NCBI RefSeq assembly: GCF_046119375.1
Contig: NW_027362773.1
Span: 228,532,001-228,596,000 of the forward strand
DNA: 64,000 nucleotides
DNA from: Phyllobates terribilis
Lineage: Eukaryota
Reading direction: 5' to 3'
Part shown: in pieces, positions 1 through 14,442 of the stretch
Numbering within the stretch: position 1 is the first letter of the stretch
Layout: each line of letters starts with the position of its first letter
Notes under the pieces: generated by a model
Seen by the model: the letters and a program-made list of their open reading frames with translations, nothing else
Told to the model about the DNA's origin: nothing
Database searches by the model: none
Program-made: the position numbers and the translations under genes

Positions 1-1130
1 ACGACAGACCATGTCCCTGGCTGGAGTGGGGAGGGGGGAGGAAAACCCAGTGATGTAGGAGCAGGAGGGGACGGTCTCTGGGCATAGGTAGGAGCCCATT
101 GGTTGCAAGTCACCTGGGCTCATACACAGAGGGGGAGGTATATAAGGTGGCACCATCTTAAGACAGACAGACAGTGAGTAGGGTGAGTTGAGAAGAAGAG
201 GAGTTCAGCTAGAGAGGGCTGACAGGGAGCTGTGGCTCAGTCTGGGCCCAGCTCCACGAGGCAGGCCTAGAGTGAAGGCCAGGGCCAGAAGGAACAGAAA
301 CAGAAGGAACAGAAACAGAAAGAGAAGTACCCAAAGTGTAGAAAGGCCCAGAGACACGAAGGCAGAAGGAACCCTAAGGACCCAGGAGATTGCGGGTGAT
401 GGGTTGGCAGAACAGGGTACCGGATCCCAAGTTGGTAGAGGCGACTAATCCTTAACCAAGAACCGGAGGTCGTGATCATCTCTTGGTGCGACCCCTCGCT
501 ACACCTACTAGAAAGGCACACCACATAGGGTCAGAGGGGTGAGCACGAAGCCCTCCCAAGAGAAGGCCCGCGGGAGCTGGACAGACGTAGTGTCACTGGT
601 GGGGCACGGCCAGAGAAAGGAATAGAAGGGAGACCTGTGCCACACTCTGGAATTGCCTGGGGGTTGACCGAGCCCCCGCACCTGGTGGACGCAGCACGGC
701 TTGGGCAGTCATTGTCGACAGAGTGACTTGGAATATAAAGAACTGTGAGTAAAGAACTTGAACTGCAACCCCACGTCTCTGTGCTTCATCGCCGCACCAG
801 CACTACTAGTGCTGGGACTCCCGTGCACCACCACTCCCATCATCCACATTCTCTGCCCTGAGGCTATACTCCTCCCGTGGGGAGTTATCCCATCCTTTGC
901 TGCGCACACTACACCAGCCTCAGCGGTCTGTCTCGCAGCGGCGGTACACCCTGACCGCAATCCACGGGTGGTGTAGTCGGACAATTAACCTAAGACCCAT
1001 AAAAGACTGCCACTGGTTTGACCGCCCTGGGCCACGGGACCGGGTCGCCAGCCACGGAGACTACAACCCCCAGAGACCCGGCTCCGGGTAACCCACACAC
1101 TTGCACACCTGGCCCAGGGGGCGCGTCACA
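1..1130 (+). mobile_element. Gypsy-type LTR (3' or solo LTR; its start lies outside the window)
   Basis: Ends GGGGGCGCGTCACA. About 830-960 is homologous to the minus-strand LTR at 59896-60895 that adjoins a Gypsy pol. No PBS follows; Tc1 sequence starts immediately. Confidence 0.75.
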
Positions 1131-1395
1131 CACCATGTCACCAAACAGCACAGTGAGTATCTGTAGCCCTATATACAGGCCCACTGACTGATTACAAGAT
1201 TGTAGACACCTGTGATGCTAATTAGTGGACACAACTTGATTTAACATGTCCCTTTTGTCACATTATTTTCAGGGGTACCATCATTTCTGTCCAGGCCTAT
1301 TTCATGAGTTTAATTTTTTTTCAATTCTGTGGAAGCAGGGTTGAAAAGCAATGTCTGACTTTCATTTGTTCATTTTCATAGATTTTGACCATGTG
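1131..1395 (-). mobile_element. Tc1 terminal fragment, same family as 18413-19631
   Basis: Near-identical to about 19279-19630, but with an internal deletion at an ATTTT microhomology. Confidence 0.8.
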
Positions 1396-1626
1396 TTTAT
1401 ATCCATGTTATTTGCTGATTTGTGATGTTTATTCTTTTTTATAAAACTCATTAAAAATTACAAGATTTTTTTCATTATCATGCGTTTTTCAATATAATTG
1501 TTTTTTACAATTTTATAGGCTGAATTTTTTTTTATATTTTTAGAATAAAAATATATATATTGTACACAGCAGTGTTTTTCTAGCAGTACAATAAGGCTAT
1601 AGTCAACTTCTATAGTATAGATCAAG

Positions 1627-2613
1627 TAATAATAATAATAATAATCTTTATTTATATAGCGCCAACATATTCCGCAGCGCTTTACAATTCAGAGGTTCAT
1701 ATACAACAGTCATAAGTAACATAGCTAAAGATAATACAGATAATAAGATAATGGCAATAATTACAGCAAAAATAATGACAACCCTACTCGTAAGAGCTTA
1801 CAATCTACAATGAGGTGGGGGTGACACAAAGTACAATGGCTTATTTACAAGGATGGTCCAGCCATCTTGAGGGCATGAGGGATAGATAAAGGCTGCATGA
1901 GCTCATCACCAGCCAGTATCTGTAGTTCTTTTTGGTTCGGTGGAGAGTTATGTTTGGAGAAATAAGGGATGGGCTATAAGAAGATAAAAGGACTTCGATT
2001 AGGGAAGTTGATAGGCCGCCCTAAACAGGTGTGTTTTTAGGGAGCGCCTAAAACTGTGTAAGTTTTGGTTCACCCTAATTTCTTGGGGTAGAGCATTCCA
2101 AAGAATAGGTGCAGCTCGGGAGAAGTCTTGAATCCGGGAGTGGGAGGTACGGATTAGTGCGGATGTTAGTCGAAAGTCGCTTGGGGAGCATAGAGAACGG
2201 GTAGGACGATAGACACAAGTGAGGGAGGAGATGTAGGGGGGTGTCACACTGTGGAGAACTTTGTGGGTGAGAACAAGCTATTTAAATTGGATCCTATAAT
2301 TCATGGGCAGCCAGTGCAATGACTGGCACAGAGTGGAGGAGTCTGAGTAACAGATAGCCAAATAAATGACCCTGGCTGCAACATTAAGGATGGACTGGAG
2401 GGGGGAAAGTCGAGTGAGGGGGAGGCCAATTAATAGAGTTACAGTAGTCAAGGTGGCAGTGGATCAGGGCAACAGTGAGGGTTTTTGTTGTTTCCAAGGT
2501 GAGAAAAGGGCGGATTCTAAAGATGTTCTTCAGGTGCAAGCGACAAGAGCGGGCAAGAGATTGTATATGGAAGGTGAAGGAGAGATTGGTGTCAAACACA
2601 ACACCCAGACAAG
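1627..2613 (-). mobile_element. 5'-truncated L2-clade LINE (RT C-terminus and 3' UTR)
   Basis: Minus-strand peptides CLGVVFDTNLSF...LDYCNS and APILWNALP...LKTHLF; short tandem (TAA)n tail at 1627-1644. Confidence 0.85.
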
Positions 2614-3104
2614 CGCCCCGAAACGCGCGTCGAGGCATTACATGTGGTGCTGGACCGGACACAACTACTTACCTGATGAGTAAGCCTGATAGCTCAAGCC
2701 TGTATTCTTTTTGTGTAGGGCATTAGCCCATAACTGTTTTGTATACACTCATTACTATAGGAGTTATATTTGTATGTTCAAACATTAAATATATATTGAG
2801 CTGAGTCCTATCAAGGATTTTTTCCTGTTTGTTTACATCCTTAGTCCCTAATTGGATGGAGAGGTGGGGCTCATCCTACCCCCTTTTTTTGGTCATTAAC
2901 TTACATGCTTGATATTTCAGCATTGGTTGGTGTACCCTGGTCCATGTGTGCCCACAAATTCTTGATTCATCTTTTCCTCTTTGATTTTTATTTATCTGTG
3001 GTTTTGTAAAATGAATTTTTAAATATTTTTTCAATAAAGAATGATGTTATATACATTTGCAAGTAGTATTTGGATTTTATTTATCCAAGTTTAGGTTGTA
3101 TAAT

Positions 3105-4830
3105 CTGGTAGTGGATTGGCAATCCAGGGAAATTGTGGAATGAGGAGATTACTGTCATGAAAACTGCTTAAACACTTCTCTTTCTGTGGTCTCTACAGAG
3201 ACGTTACCTGCATTCTGTCTGGTTTTGAGGACCTATTTTCTGAGAAAGGGCGTAAGTTTTGCTCCTCATTGTGTGTATGACTGTCCCATTAACCTGATTC
3301 TCAGAGCAAACTACCCAAGTCAAGACTGTATAATCTTTCTGATCCTGAGAGACAAGGATTTCATTGCCGACAGTCTAGTGAAGGGACTTATCAGACCCTC
3401 CTCTTCGGCCGTGGAGGCAGGGTTCTTCTTCGTTAATCCCTATTTAGATTTCCGGAAATTGAATCAAGTTACCATCACAGATCCATATCCTCTTCCTCTG
3501 ACTCCAGATTTATTCAACCAGATTGTGGGAGCTAAAGTGTTCTCCAAGTTGGATTTAAGGGGAGCATATAATCTGGTTAGAATCAAAGAGGTGGATAAAT
3601 GGAAAATGGCTTTCAATACTATTGAGGGGCATTTTGAGAGTCTGGATATGCCTTTTGGTCTCATCAATGCACCTGCGATTTTCCAGCATTTCATAAACAA
3701 TATTTTCCACCATTAAGTGGGCAGGTTTGTAGTGGTCTATTTGGATGATATTTTGATTAACTCAAATGATTTAGAGACACATCAGGGTCATGTTAAACAG
3801 GTACTACAAATTTTAAGAGAAACTTTATGCTAAACTGGAGAAATGTGTTTACGCTGTCCATAAGGTGCAATTTTTGGGGTACTTGTTGTCACCATCGGAT
3901 TTTCGGATGTATCCGTAGAAGATCCGTGCTATACTTGATTGGAATCATCCTGAGAACCTGAAGGCATTGCAGGACTTTCTGGGGTTTACTAATTTTTACT
4001 GGAAATTTATCCAAAATTATTCGGTAATAGTGAAAACCCTCATGCCAAAAAGGGGTCCGATTTTTCTAATTGGTCGAATGCCGCCCAGCAGGATTTTTCC
4101 TCTTTAAAGAGATTTGCCATGGTACCTACAGTAAACGCAACCTGATATTTCTTAACCCTTCGTGGTTGAAACTGATGCGTCGGAGGTGGGGGTTTGGGAT
4201 TTGTTGTATCAGGGTCTGTCCTCTGGTAAATGGCGTACATGCACTTTCTTTTCCAAGAAGCTGTCTTCGGCTGAGAGAAATTATGACGTGGGTAATAGGG
4301 AGCCTTTGGCGATTAAATTAGCTTTCGAAAAATGGCGACATTGGTTGGAGGGGACAGTCTATCCTGTTACTGTTATCACGGACCATAAGAACCTGGCAGG
4401 CTAAATGGTCTTTGTTTTTTACCAGGTTCAATTATGTTGTCACTTTGCGCCCAGGCGTTGAAAACATCAAGGCTGATGCGTTGTCCTAGAACTTCCCTGG
4501 TGGTAGTGACCATGAGAACCCTGTTCATATTTTGCAGAAGGGGGTGGTCATTTCGGCCTTGCACCCTGACCTGGAAGGGGAGGTGTTAGGGGTGACCCCC
4601 TGATCATGTGTCCTGCCCTTCGGGAATATTGTTTGTGCCATCTAATCTGCGCTGTAAAGTAATTAGGAAACATCACAACTCCGTGCTTGCTGGCCATCCA
4701 GGTAGTAAGGCAACTGTGGACCGCCTTTCCCGTCGGTTGTGGTAGCCGGGGTTGCTTCAGGATGTGGTTGACCATGTGTCTCCTTGCAGTATTTGCTCGC
4801 ATTCTAAAGTATCGCATACTCGTTCATCTG
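3105..4830 (+). mobile_element. Decayed Gypsy (sushi-like) pol fragment
   Basis: Frameshifted RT (KLDLRGAYNL, YLDD), RNase H (ETDAS, RNYDVG) and integrase start. Paralogous to about 6735-8530. Confidence 0.9.
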
Positions 4831-7800
4831 TGTCACGGGTGTGTCAGAAGTGACAGACAGTTGCCCTGCAGTGGGTTGCAGAAGATCTCTATATTTGGCA
4901 TTGCAGACACCTTCTTAGAGGCTACCTTCCTCTGGCTAATTAACACCCTGGCCTGGGTGTATAAATACCTGCTGTGTTGCAAAGGGAGGTGCCGGCGATA
5001 TTCATTACTCCTTGTGAAGGCTTTAAGAAGAGCAGTACTTCTTCTCTGGTAATGAGGACGTGTGCGCATTTGTCTGGAGTAGTCTAAAGCTAAGCAATTT
5101 CACCGCTTGTCCTCCCTTGTTGTCTTTAGTGTTCAGTGGGGATCGACTAGTGCTCATCTCCTCCCTTCCCTAGCCTTAGCCATATGCCAGGGAAAGACAA
5201 CGCGAGGCATGCGTGCGGTGATTGGAAAAGAGACAATATAGGGACGTTAGGGGAGACAGGGTGATATTCTATCAGCCAGGAGGTCTCCACTTCCCTCTTT
5301 CCCTAGAGTCTGGGCTTTTTTTCTCTCTTCCCTTTGTGTTGCACTGAGTCTTTCCCACACCTTGCGTGACATTATCGCCGGCCGAGAACATTTTGAAAAG
5401 GAAAAAAACTGAAACTGACACTTTGGGTATTTTTTTCTCTCTGTGTGTTTTTGGGTGTCAACCTTTTCTTTTCCTTTCTCCTTGGTATAGGTTCAGTTGC
5501 AGAGCTCGCAGAGCAGTTCCACTGTCTGTCTCTGGAGGTGAATGACCTCTGCTGTGAGGTTCACCAGCAGCATCAGCGGCTACAGGTCGCCAATGTTGGG
5601 GTCTCTACAGGTAGGCCTGTCCAGCCTGAACCCAAGCTTGCCCTCCCGGACAAGTTTTCAGGAGGTAGCGACAAGTTTTTTGTTTTCAAGGAGGCCTGCA
5701 AACTGTATTTTAAACTTCGTCCTTACTCCTCCGGAAAGGAGGAGCAACGGGTTGACATTGTGATCTCTACTGTAGGGAGATCCGAAGTCATGGGCATTTT
5801 CTTTACCACAGGACTCTGTCTCTAGTTTGTGGAGGGTTTTTTCGGAGCTCTGGCCCTCATCTACGGTGACCCTGACCAAGTCTCCTTGGCTTAGTCTAGG
5901 CTATGTCGCCTTCAGCAGGGAAATCAGTCAGTGGAGACGTACAGTTCGGGATTCTGTAGATAGGCAACGGATTCCAAATGGAATGACTCAGCCATTAGAA
6001 GTCAATTTTGTGAGGGGCTTACTGAAAGGTTAAACGATGCCTTGGCAGTATATTAAACCCCTCAGTTCTTGGAGGCTGCCAAGTCGTTGGCCATACGTCT
6101 TGATAGACGCCTTCGGGATAGACGGGCGAGACCACCTTCTCTGGAGCCTTCTTGTTAGGGTTGTGTACCTCTGCAGTCTGGGGGTGAACCAGTACTGGGG
6201 AAGGTGGAGGAACCCATGCAGTTAGGGGGTGTCTCTGCATCATACATTTCCCCGGAGATTTGCAAGAGGGCGTATGTTTTTTTTGTGGGAAAAGGGCACA
6301 ATTTGTTGGGACCTGTCCTTCAATTCCTAAACAAAAGGAGACCATATTAACTCTTGGTAGTCTGGAGTTGGATAAACAAGGGGTGCATTTGTTGCCAACC
6401 TGCAGTTCCCGCTTTGTCCTGAGAACAAAGGTGGTGCTAGAGAGCAAAAGCAAGAAAATTTCTGTTTGTTGACAGTCGAGCCGGAGTCAGCATGGTTGAT
6501 GCTGAGTTTGTGAAGACTCATGGTCTTGCTTGCTGTACTCTGAATAAACCTATTTCCATCTTCGCCATCGAGTCGGCGCCACTTGCACAGAAAGCATTTA
6601 CTCAGATTGTACATAGATTGTACATAATGTAAAACTGAGGGTGGGGTCAGTTCATTGTGAAATAATCCCTTGCTATGTCCTGGACAATCTTCTCACATCT
6701 ATTGTTTTGGGTATTGCTTGGCTTGTTAAACATAATCCGTTGGTGGATTGGCAAACCGGGGAGATTATTGAACGGGGAGATTACTGCCATGAGAACTGTT
6801 TAGATATTTCCCTTGCTACTGTCTCTACGTAAATATTACCTGCTCTTCTGTCTGGTTTTGAGGATGTTTTTTCTGAGAGGGGTGTCGGGATTTGATTCCT
6901 CATCGTGCTTATGACTGTCCTATTAACCTGACCCCCGGAGCTAAACTACTGAAGTCCAGACTGTATAATCTTTCTGACCCTGAGAGACAAGCCATGCAGG
7001 ATTTCATTTCAGAAAGTATGGAGAAGGGACATATTAGACCCTCATCTTTGCCCTTGGCGGCAGGGTTCTTCTTTGTGCAGAAAAAAGATGGGGGTCTACG
7101 TCCCTGTTTAGATTTCCGGGAATTAAATCAAATTACCATGCGTGATTCATACCCTCTTCCTCTGATTCCTGATTTTTTCAGCCACGTTGTAGGAGCCAAG
7201 GAATTCTCCAAGTTGGATTTAAGAGGAGCCTACAATCTGGTTAGAATCAGAGAAGGGGACGAATGGAAAACAGCATTCAATACCCCAGAAGGACATTTCG
7301 AGAGTCTGGTTATGCCTTTTGGTTTGACCAATGCACCTGCGATATTCCAGCATTGCATAAATGATACTTTCCATCATTTGGTGGGGAAGTTTGAGGTGCT
7401 CTATCTGGACGATATTTTGGTTTACTCACCTGATTTTGAGACACATCAGTGGCATGTTAAGCAGGTGCTCCAGATATTAAAGGGATATCTTTATGCCAAA
7501 CTGGAAAAATGTGTTTTCGCTGTTCAGGAGGTTCCGGTTTTGGGGTATTTGTTGTCATCTTCGGGTTTTCGGATGGATCCGGAGAAGATCCGTGAAGTCC
7601 TTGATTGGGAACTTCCCGAGAACCTGAAGACTCTACAATGCTTTATGGGCTTTACTAATTTTTACCGGAAAATCATCCAAAATTACTCAGTAATTGTGAG
7701 ACCCCTTACTGACATGACTAAGAAGGGGTCTGATTTTTACAAATGGTCGGATACCTCCCTCCAGGCTTTTTCTTCCTTAAAGAATCATTTTGCCACTGAA

Positions 7801-8757
7801 CCTATACTCAGTCAACCCAATGTTTCCCAACCCTTTATTGTGGAGGTTGATGCGTCGGTTGTCGGGGTTGGGGCTGTGTTGTCTCGGGGTCTGTCCCCTG
7901 GTAAATGGCGTCCATGCACCTTCTTTTCTAAAAAATGGTCTTCCGCTGAGAGAAATTATGACGTGAGTAATAGGGAACTTTTGGCGATCAAATTGGCGTT
8001 CGAAGAATGGCGACATTGGTTGGAGGGGGCTGTCCATCCTATTACTGTTATTAATGACCAAAAGAACCTGTCATATCTCCAGTCAGCTAAACGTCTCAAT
8101 CCTAGGCAAGCCAGATGGTCTCTGTTTTTTACTAGGTTCAATTTTGTTCATGGGGTCAAAAATGTCAAGGCTGATGCTTTGTCCCGGAGCTTCCCTGGTG
8201 GTGGTAACCATCAGAACCCTACCCCGATAATACAGAAAGGGGTAGTCATTTCGGCACTGTATCCTGAACTGGATGGTGAGGTGTTGGGAGGCTCAGGGAG
8301 ACACCCCTGCCTTCTGCCCTTCAGGAAGGTTATATTGTATCATCTGATCTGCGCCACAAAGTAATTAAGGAACATCATAACTCTGTGCTTGCTGGGCATC
8401 CAGGTGGTAAGGCAAATGCGGACCTGCTCTCTCGTCATTTTTGGTGGCTGGGGTTGCATTGGGATGTAATTGAACATGTAGCTGCTTGTAGTATTTGCGC
8501 ACATTCTAAGGTCTCGCATACCCATCCATCTGGTACTCTTCTTCTGCTACCTATCCCTAGTAGGCCATGGACACACTTGTCCATGGATTTTATTGTTGAC
8601 CTTCCGGTTTCTGCAGGCAAAACGGTGGTTTTGGTGGTAGTAGATAGGTTCAGTAAAATGGTTTACTTTGTCACATTGCCAGCACTTCCAAATGCCAAGA
8701 CACTTGCTCAGGTGTTTGTAAATGAGATTGTGAAGCACACAGAATTCTCCTAGTGAC
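4831..8757 (+). mobile_element. Gypsy/Ty3 sushi-like LTR retrotransposon: 5' LTR, gag, protease, pol; 3'-truncated
   Basis: LTR 4831-5371 (TGTCAC...GTGACA). Gag LPDKFSG...CKLYF, degenerate CCHC knuckle (CFFCGKRAQFVGTC), protease-like FVDSRAG, then pol. Confidence 0.92.
6892..8753 (+). pseudogene. Gypsy pol (RT-RNase H 6892-8364; integrase 8385-8753), frameshifted and truncated
   Basis: YLDD RT motif, EVDAS/ELLA RNase H, GHPG...CSIC zinc-binding region, PWTHLSMDFIVDLP integrase core start. Confidence 0.92.
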
Positions 8758-9061
8758 ATCAGAGCTTGTAGCTGAGCAGCTTAAGTGCCTATGTCAACAA
8801 CATTTTAAGGTTGTGGGTTCAAGACCAGAGACTCACAGAAAAAAAAATGTTCTAATTGCTCATTAGTTTTACTACTTTTGTGGGACCAAAACAATCATTT
8901 TCTTCACCTTGGATATGTGCCCATGATCAGAAGCCGCTCCGGGTTTGAAGCTGTGCAGCGTCCATATGTTACAGCACAGTGGTTGGTCTTTCTAGAAATC
9001 CCTTGTCCACTATGCATGCATCTGAGGCTGCGGATCACCTGCGGACACGTACATGCGCCGT

Positions 9062-9880
9062 GTTTTTGCTGACGACACCAAATGTAGGATATTAAAATCT
9101 GATCTTGACCTTACAATGTTGCAGAATGATCTGGATAAGATGACTGAATGGGCGTGCACTTGGTAGATGAGGTTTAATGTAGATAAATATAGAGTAATGC
9201 ACCTAGGCCGGAATAATCCTATTGCTGCATGCACATTAAATGAGAGTGTACTTGGGACTACAGAACAGGAGAAGAACTTGGGTATTCTAGTTACAAGTAA
9301 GATGAGCAGCCGTACTCAATGTCAAGCAGCTGCCGCAAAAGCAAACAAGAGTTTAGGATGTATAAAAAGATAAATAAAATCTCGTGATCCCAATGTATTG
9401 TTACCCCTTTATAAATCACTGGGGAGGCCACATCGAGAATATGGGATACTGTTTTGGGCTCCACATTTTAAAAAGGATATTTAGAAGTTAGAGTCAGTTC
9501 AAAGGCGGCAACTAGATTATTACAAGGGATGGAGGCCTCTCATATGAGGAGAGGTTGAAAATGTTGAGTCTGTTAAGCTTAGAAAAATGACGCCTCAGAG
9601 GTGATCTCATTTACATGTATAAATATATGTGTGGTCAGTACAAAAGGACTAGCACATGACTTATTCCTTCCAAAAACCATTCTAAGGACCAGGGGGCACC
9701 ATTACGGGTGGAAGAAAGGCAATTCAGGCACCTAAACAGGAAAGGGTTCTTTACAGTCAGAGCAGTCAGACTGTGGAATACCTGACCACAAGAGGAAATA
9801 ATGACCAATATTATAACCGCTTTCAAAAAAAGGGCTGGACGATTTCCTCGATACACTTAATATTGTGGGTACAGTTAAAT
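9062..9880 (+). mobile_element. CR1-clade LINE 3' fragment
   Basis: FADDTK motif, then MRFNVDKYRVMHLG...EKNLGILV...KANKSLGCIKR and downstream C-terminal remnants. Confidence 0.88.
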
Positions 9881-9988
9881 TAGACAAAATATTACACCTA
9901 TAGTAGAACATTTAATACGATAATAGTAATTACATAACTAGTATTATAATTAGGTTTGATCTAGGGTTTTTGGACTTATCACCTTTTA

Positions 9989-11067
9989 GGCTATGTGCCC
10001 CCGATGCAGAAGTGCTCCGGATTTTTTCCTGAGCGTTTCTGCATCTCCCTGGCAGAAAAAACCATGCGGATTGTACATGCGTTTTCCTGCCAGGGACATG
10101 CGGATGTGAAGCGTTCTTCACATGCATTTTCCGCATGTGGGTTGACAAGCGCTTTCCAAGCGATTTTAGCATCACTTGGAAAGTGCTTGACAACTTGGTC
10201 ACACTATATAAATCCATGCAAACGGCATGGATTTATATAGTGTGACCTTAAAGAATGGTTAAAAATAAAAAAATAAATCTATACTTACCGTCTGATGGCC
10301 CCCGCAGTCTTGCTTCTCTCCGTCCTGGCTTGCCGGCAGCTCGCGGTACACTGCACTGAAGGACCTGCCGTCACATGACTAAATGATGTCAGCGCAGGTC
10401 CTTCAGTCCACCGCGATCTGCTGGCAAGTGAAGACAAGCGCACCGCGGGCCATCAGAAGGTAAATATAATGTTTATTTTTTATTTTATTCTTTTTTTCAC
10501 AGGTACTTTGGTACCCGGGTCTAGAGGAGAGTCTCCTGTCCTCCACACTCGGGTACCATCCGCACATTGAAACGCTTGGATTCCGCATGTACAGATGCAG
10601 TGATGCGGATTCTATGCGTTCCAATGAAAGTCAATGGCGGCGAAAACGGAGCGCTTCCGCAAAATAATTGGTAGTGCTGCTTTTTTTTCCGCAATGATAA
10701 CCCGCAGCGGAAATTTCCGCAGCATGTTTCTTTTTTTAACACAGCGCACAGACACCGGATGAGGAGACTACTTCTCCACTCAGCCGCACCTGCTCCCGCT
10801 GTTATCAGTGGGAGAGGCCGTCGGATGATTGGAGGAGTAGTCTTCCAAGGGTACCATTCTTTGTGCGTTTTTGTAGTGTTTTTGGCTCATTGACTTGAAT
10901 TGAGTCAGTCAAATATGCAGCAAACATCTGACTCAATTCAATGACAATCCTAACATAATCCTGTCATTGCATTAGCTGGCACACGGATTACCAAGCGTTT
11001 TTGGTTCATTTCCACACGGAAAAAACTCAGTGAAAATGCATCAAAAACGCACAGTGTGCACATAGCC
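9989..11067. mobile_element. Non-autonomous DNA element (Harbinger-like MITE) with a nested palindromic core
   Basis: TIRs GGCTATGTGC...GCACATAGCC flanked by TTA/TAA; internal inverted repeat about 10255-10500. Superfamily assignment is inference. Confidence 0.65.
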
Positions 11068-11772
11068 TAAGACTCCATGCACTGCAGGCACAATGGCGTC
11101 CCTACATCACACATGTAGTATGGCGCCTCAGTACTCACACTGCACAGATCGGAGCAGCACACCTCAGGAACGGAGTTGGTTGAGTAGAGTGTTTTTTTTT
11201 TTTTTTTTCTTTTTTTTAATATCAAGAATTGTGGTGGGTAATCATACTGTGTGGGAGCCCTCATTCTGAGCTAGATGGGCACACAGGAGAACAATTTCAT
11301 GGTGATGAGTCAGATATGGATAAGTAAGTGAGAGATACAGACCTTTTGGTTTATCTGGTTGCAGACTTGAATTGATAGGGTGTTGTGTGCCAGGAGGGAG
11401 ACATCAAATAGTATGTTCTGAAGAAAAGCAAAGATATAATGGCAGTGTGACTCCGGATTCCAGGCAGAGAGCATAGTGGAGACAAAGAGCAGGGTGAGGT
11501 CCTTAGCTCAGGCCAGGAGATCTACTTAGATGGTACAGAACTTTGCCCTGTGTGGACAGTAGACCTAATTAAAGGGGATTAAGATAAGGAAGGATTCCTT
11601 ATCTTAGACGAACAGGATTTAAGCAAACAATTGTCTATACTTGTGAGGAAGACACAGTGTCGCTAAACTGGGACACAAGAACGGAGAACTGAAGAGGCAG
11701 TGCCACTGCAAGGAGTGTGTGGTCCTCATCGAATGGATTTTGTGAGTACTAATGAGGAGTCGTATCGATGTA

Positions 11773-12859
11773 CAGGTGCATCTCACAAAATTAGAATATC
11801 ATCAACAAGTTAATTTATTTCAGTTCTTCAATACAAAAAGTGAAACTCATATATTATATAGTCATTACAAAAAGAGTGATCTATTTCAAGTGTTTATTTC
11901 TGTTAATGTTGATGAATATGGCTTACAGCCAATGAAAACACAAGTCATTATCTCAGTAAACTAGATTAATTAACAAAAAACACCTGCAAAGGCTTCCTAC
12001 GCGTTTAAAAAGGTCCCTTATTCTGTTTCAGTAGGCTCCACAATCATGGGGAAGACTGCTGACTTGACAGATGTCCAGAAGGCAGTCATTGACATACTCC
12101 TCAAGATCCCAGAGTTCCAATTTTCTTTTGGAAATCAAGGTCCCAGAGTCTGGAGGAAGAGTGGAGAGGCCACAATCCAAGCTGCTTGAGGTCTAGTGTG
12201 AAGTTTCCACAATCAGTGATGGTTTGGGGAGCCATGTCATCTGCTGATGTAGGTCCACTGTGTTTTATCAAGACCAAAGTCAGCGCAGCCGTCTACCAGG
12301 AAATTTTAGAGCACTTCATGCTTCCCTTTGCCGATGGAAATTTCATTCTCCAGCAGGACTTGGCACCTGTCCACACTGCCAAAAGTACCAATACCTGGTT
12401 TACAAACAACAGTATCGCTGTGATTGATTGGCCAGCAAACTCGTCTGACTTTAACCCCATAGAGAATCTATGGGGTATTGTCAAGAGGAAGATGAGAGAC
12501 TCCAGACCCAACAATGCAGACGAGCTGAAGGCTGCTATCAAAGCAACCTGGGCTTCCATAACACCTCAGCAGTGCCACAGGCTGATCGCCTCCATGCCAC
12601 GCCGCATTGATGCAGCAATTGATGGAAAAGGAGCCCCGATCAAGTATTGAGTGCATTTACTGAACATACATTTCAGTAGGCCAACATTTCGGATTTTAAA
12701 ATCATTTTTTCAAGCTGTTGCTATAAAGTATTCTAATTTACTGAGATAATGACTTCTGTGTTTTCATTGGCTGTAAGCCATAATAACAGAAATAAAGACT
12801 TGAAATAGATCACTCTGTTTGTAATGACTCTATATAATGAGTTTCAATTTTTGTATTGA
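11773..12859 (+). mobile_element. Internally deleted Tc1 (family A); right TIR split, remainder at 17992-18050
   Basis: TA-CAGGTGCATCTCACAAAATTAG left TIR; DDE fragment 12186-12650 (QQDLAPVH...FNPIENLW). Confidence 0.88.
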
Positions 12860-12866
12860 GTATATA

Positions 12867-14442
<1,576 letters not shown>

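Noticed and set aside
2614-2690. Complete type II hammerhead (GAAA...GUC...CUGAUGA at 2673)
   Set aside because: Stems I and II cannot pair properly around the downstream CTGATGA.
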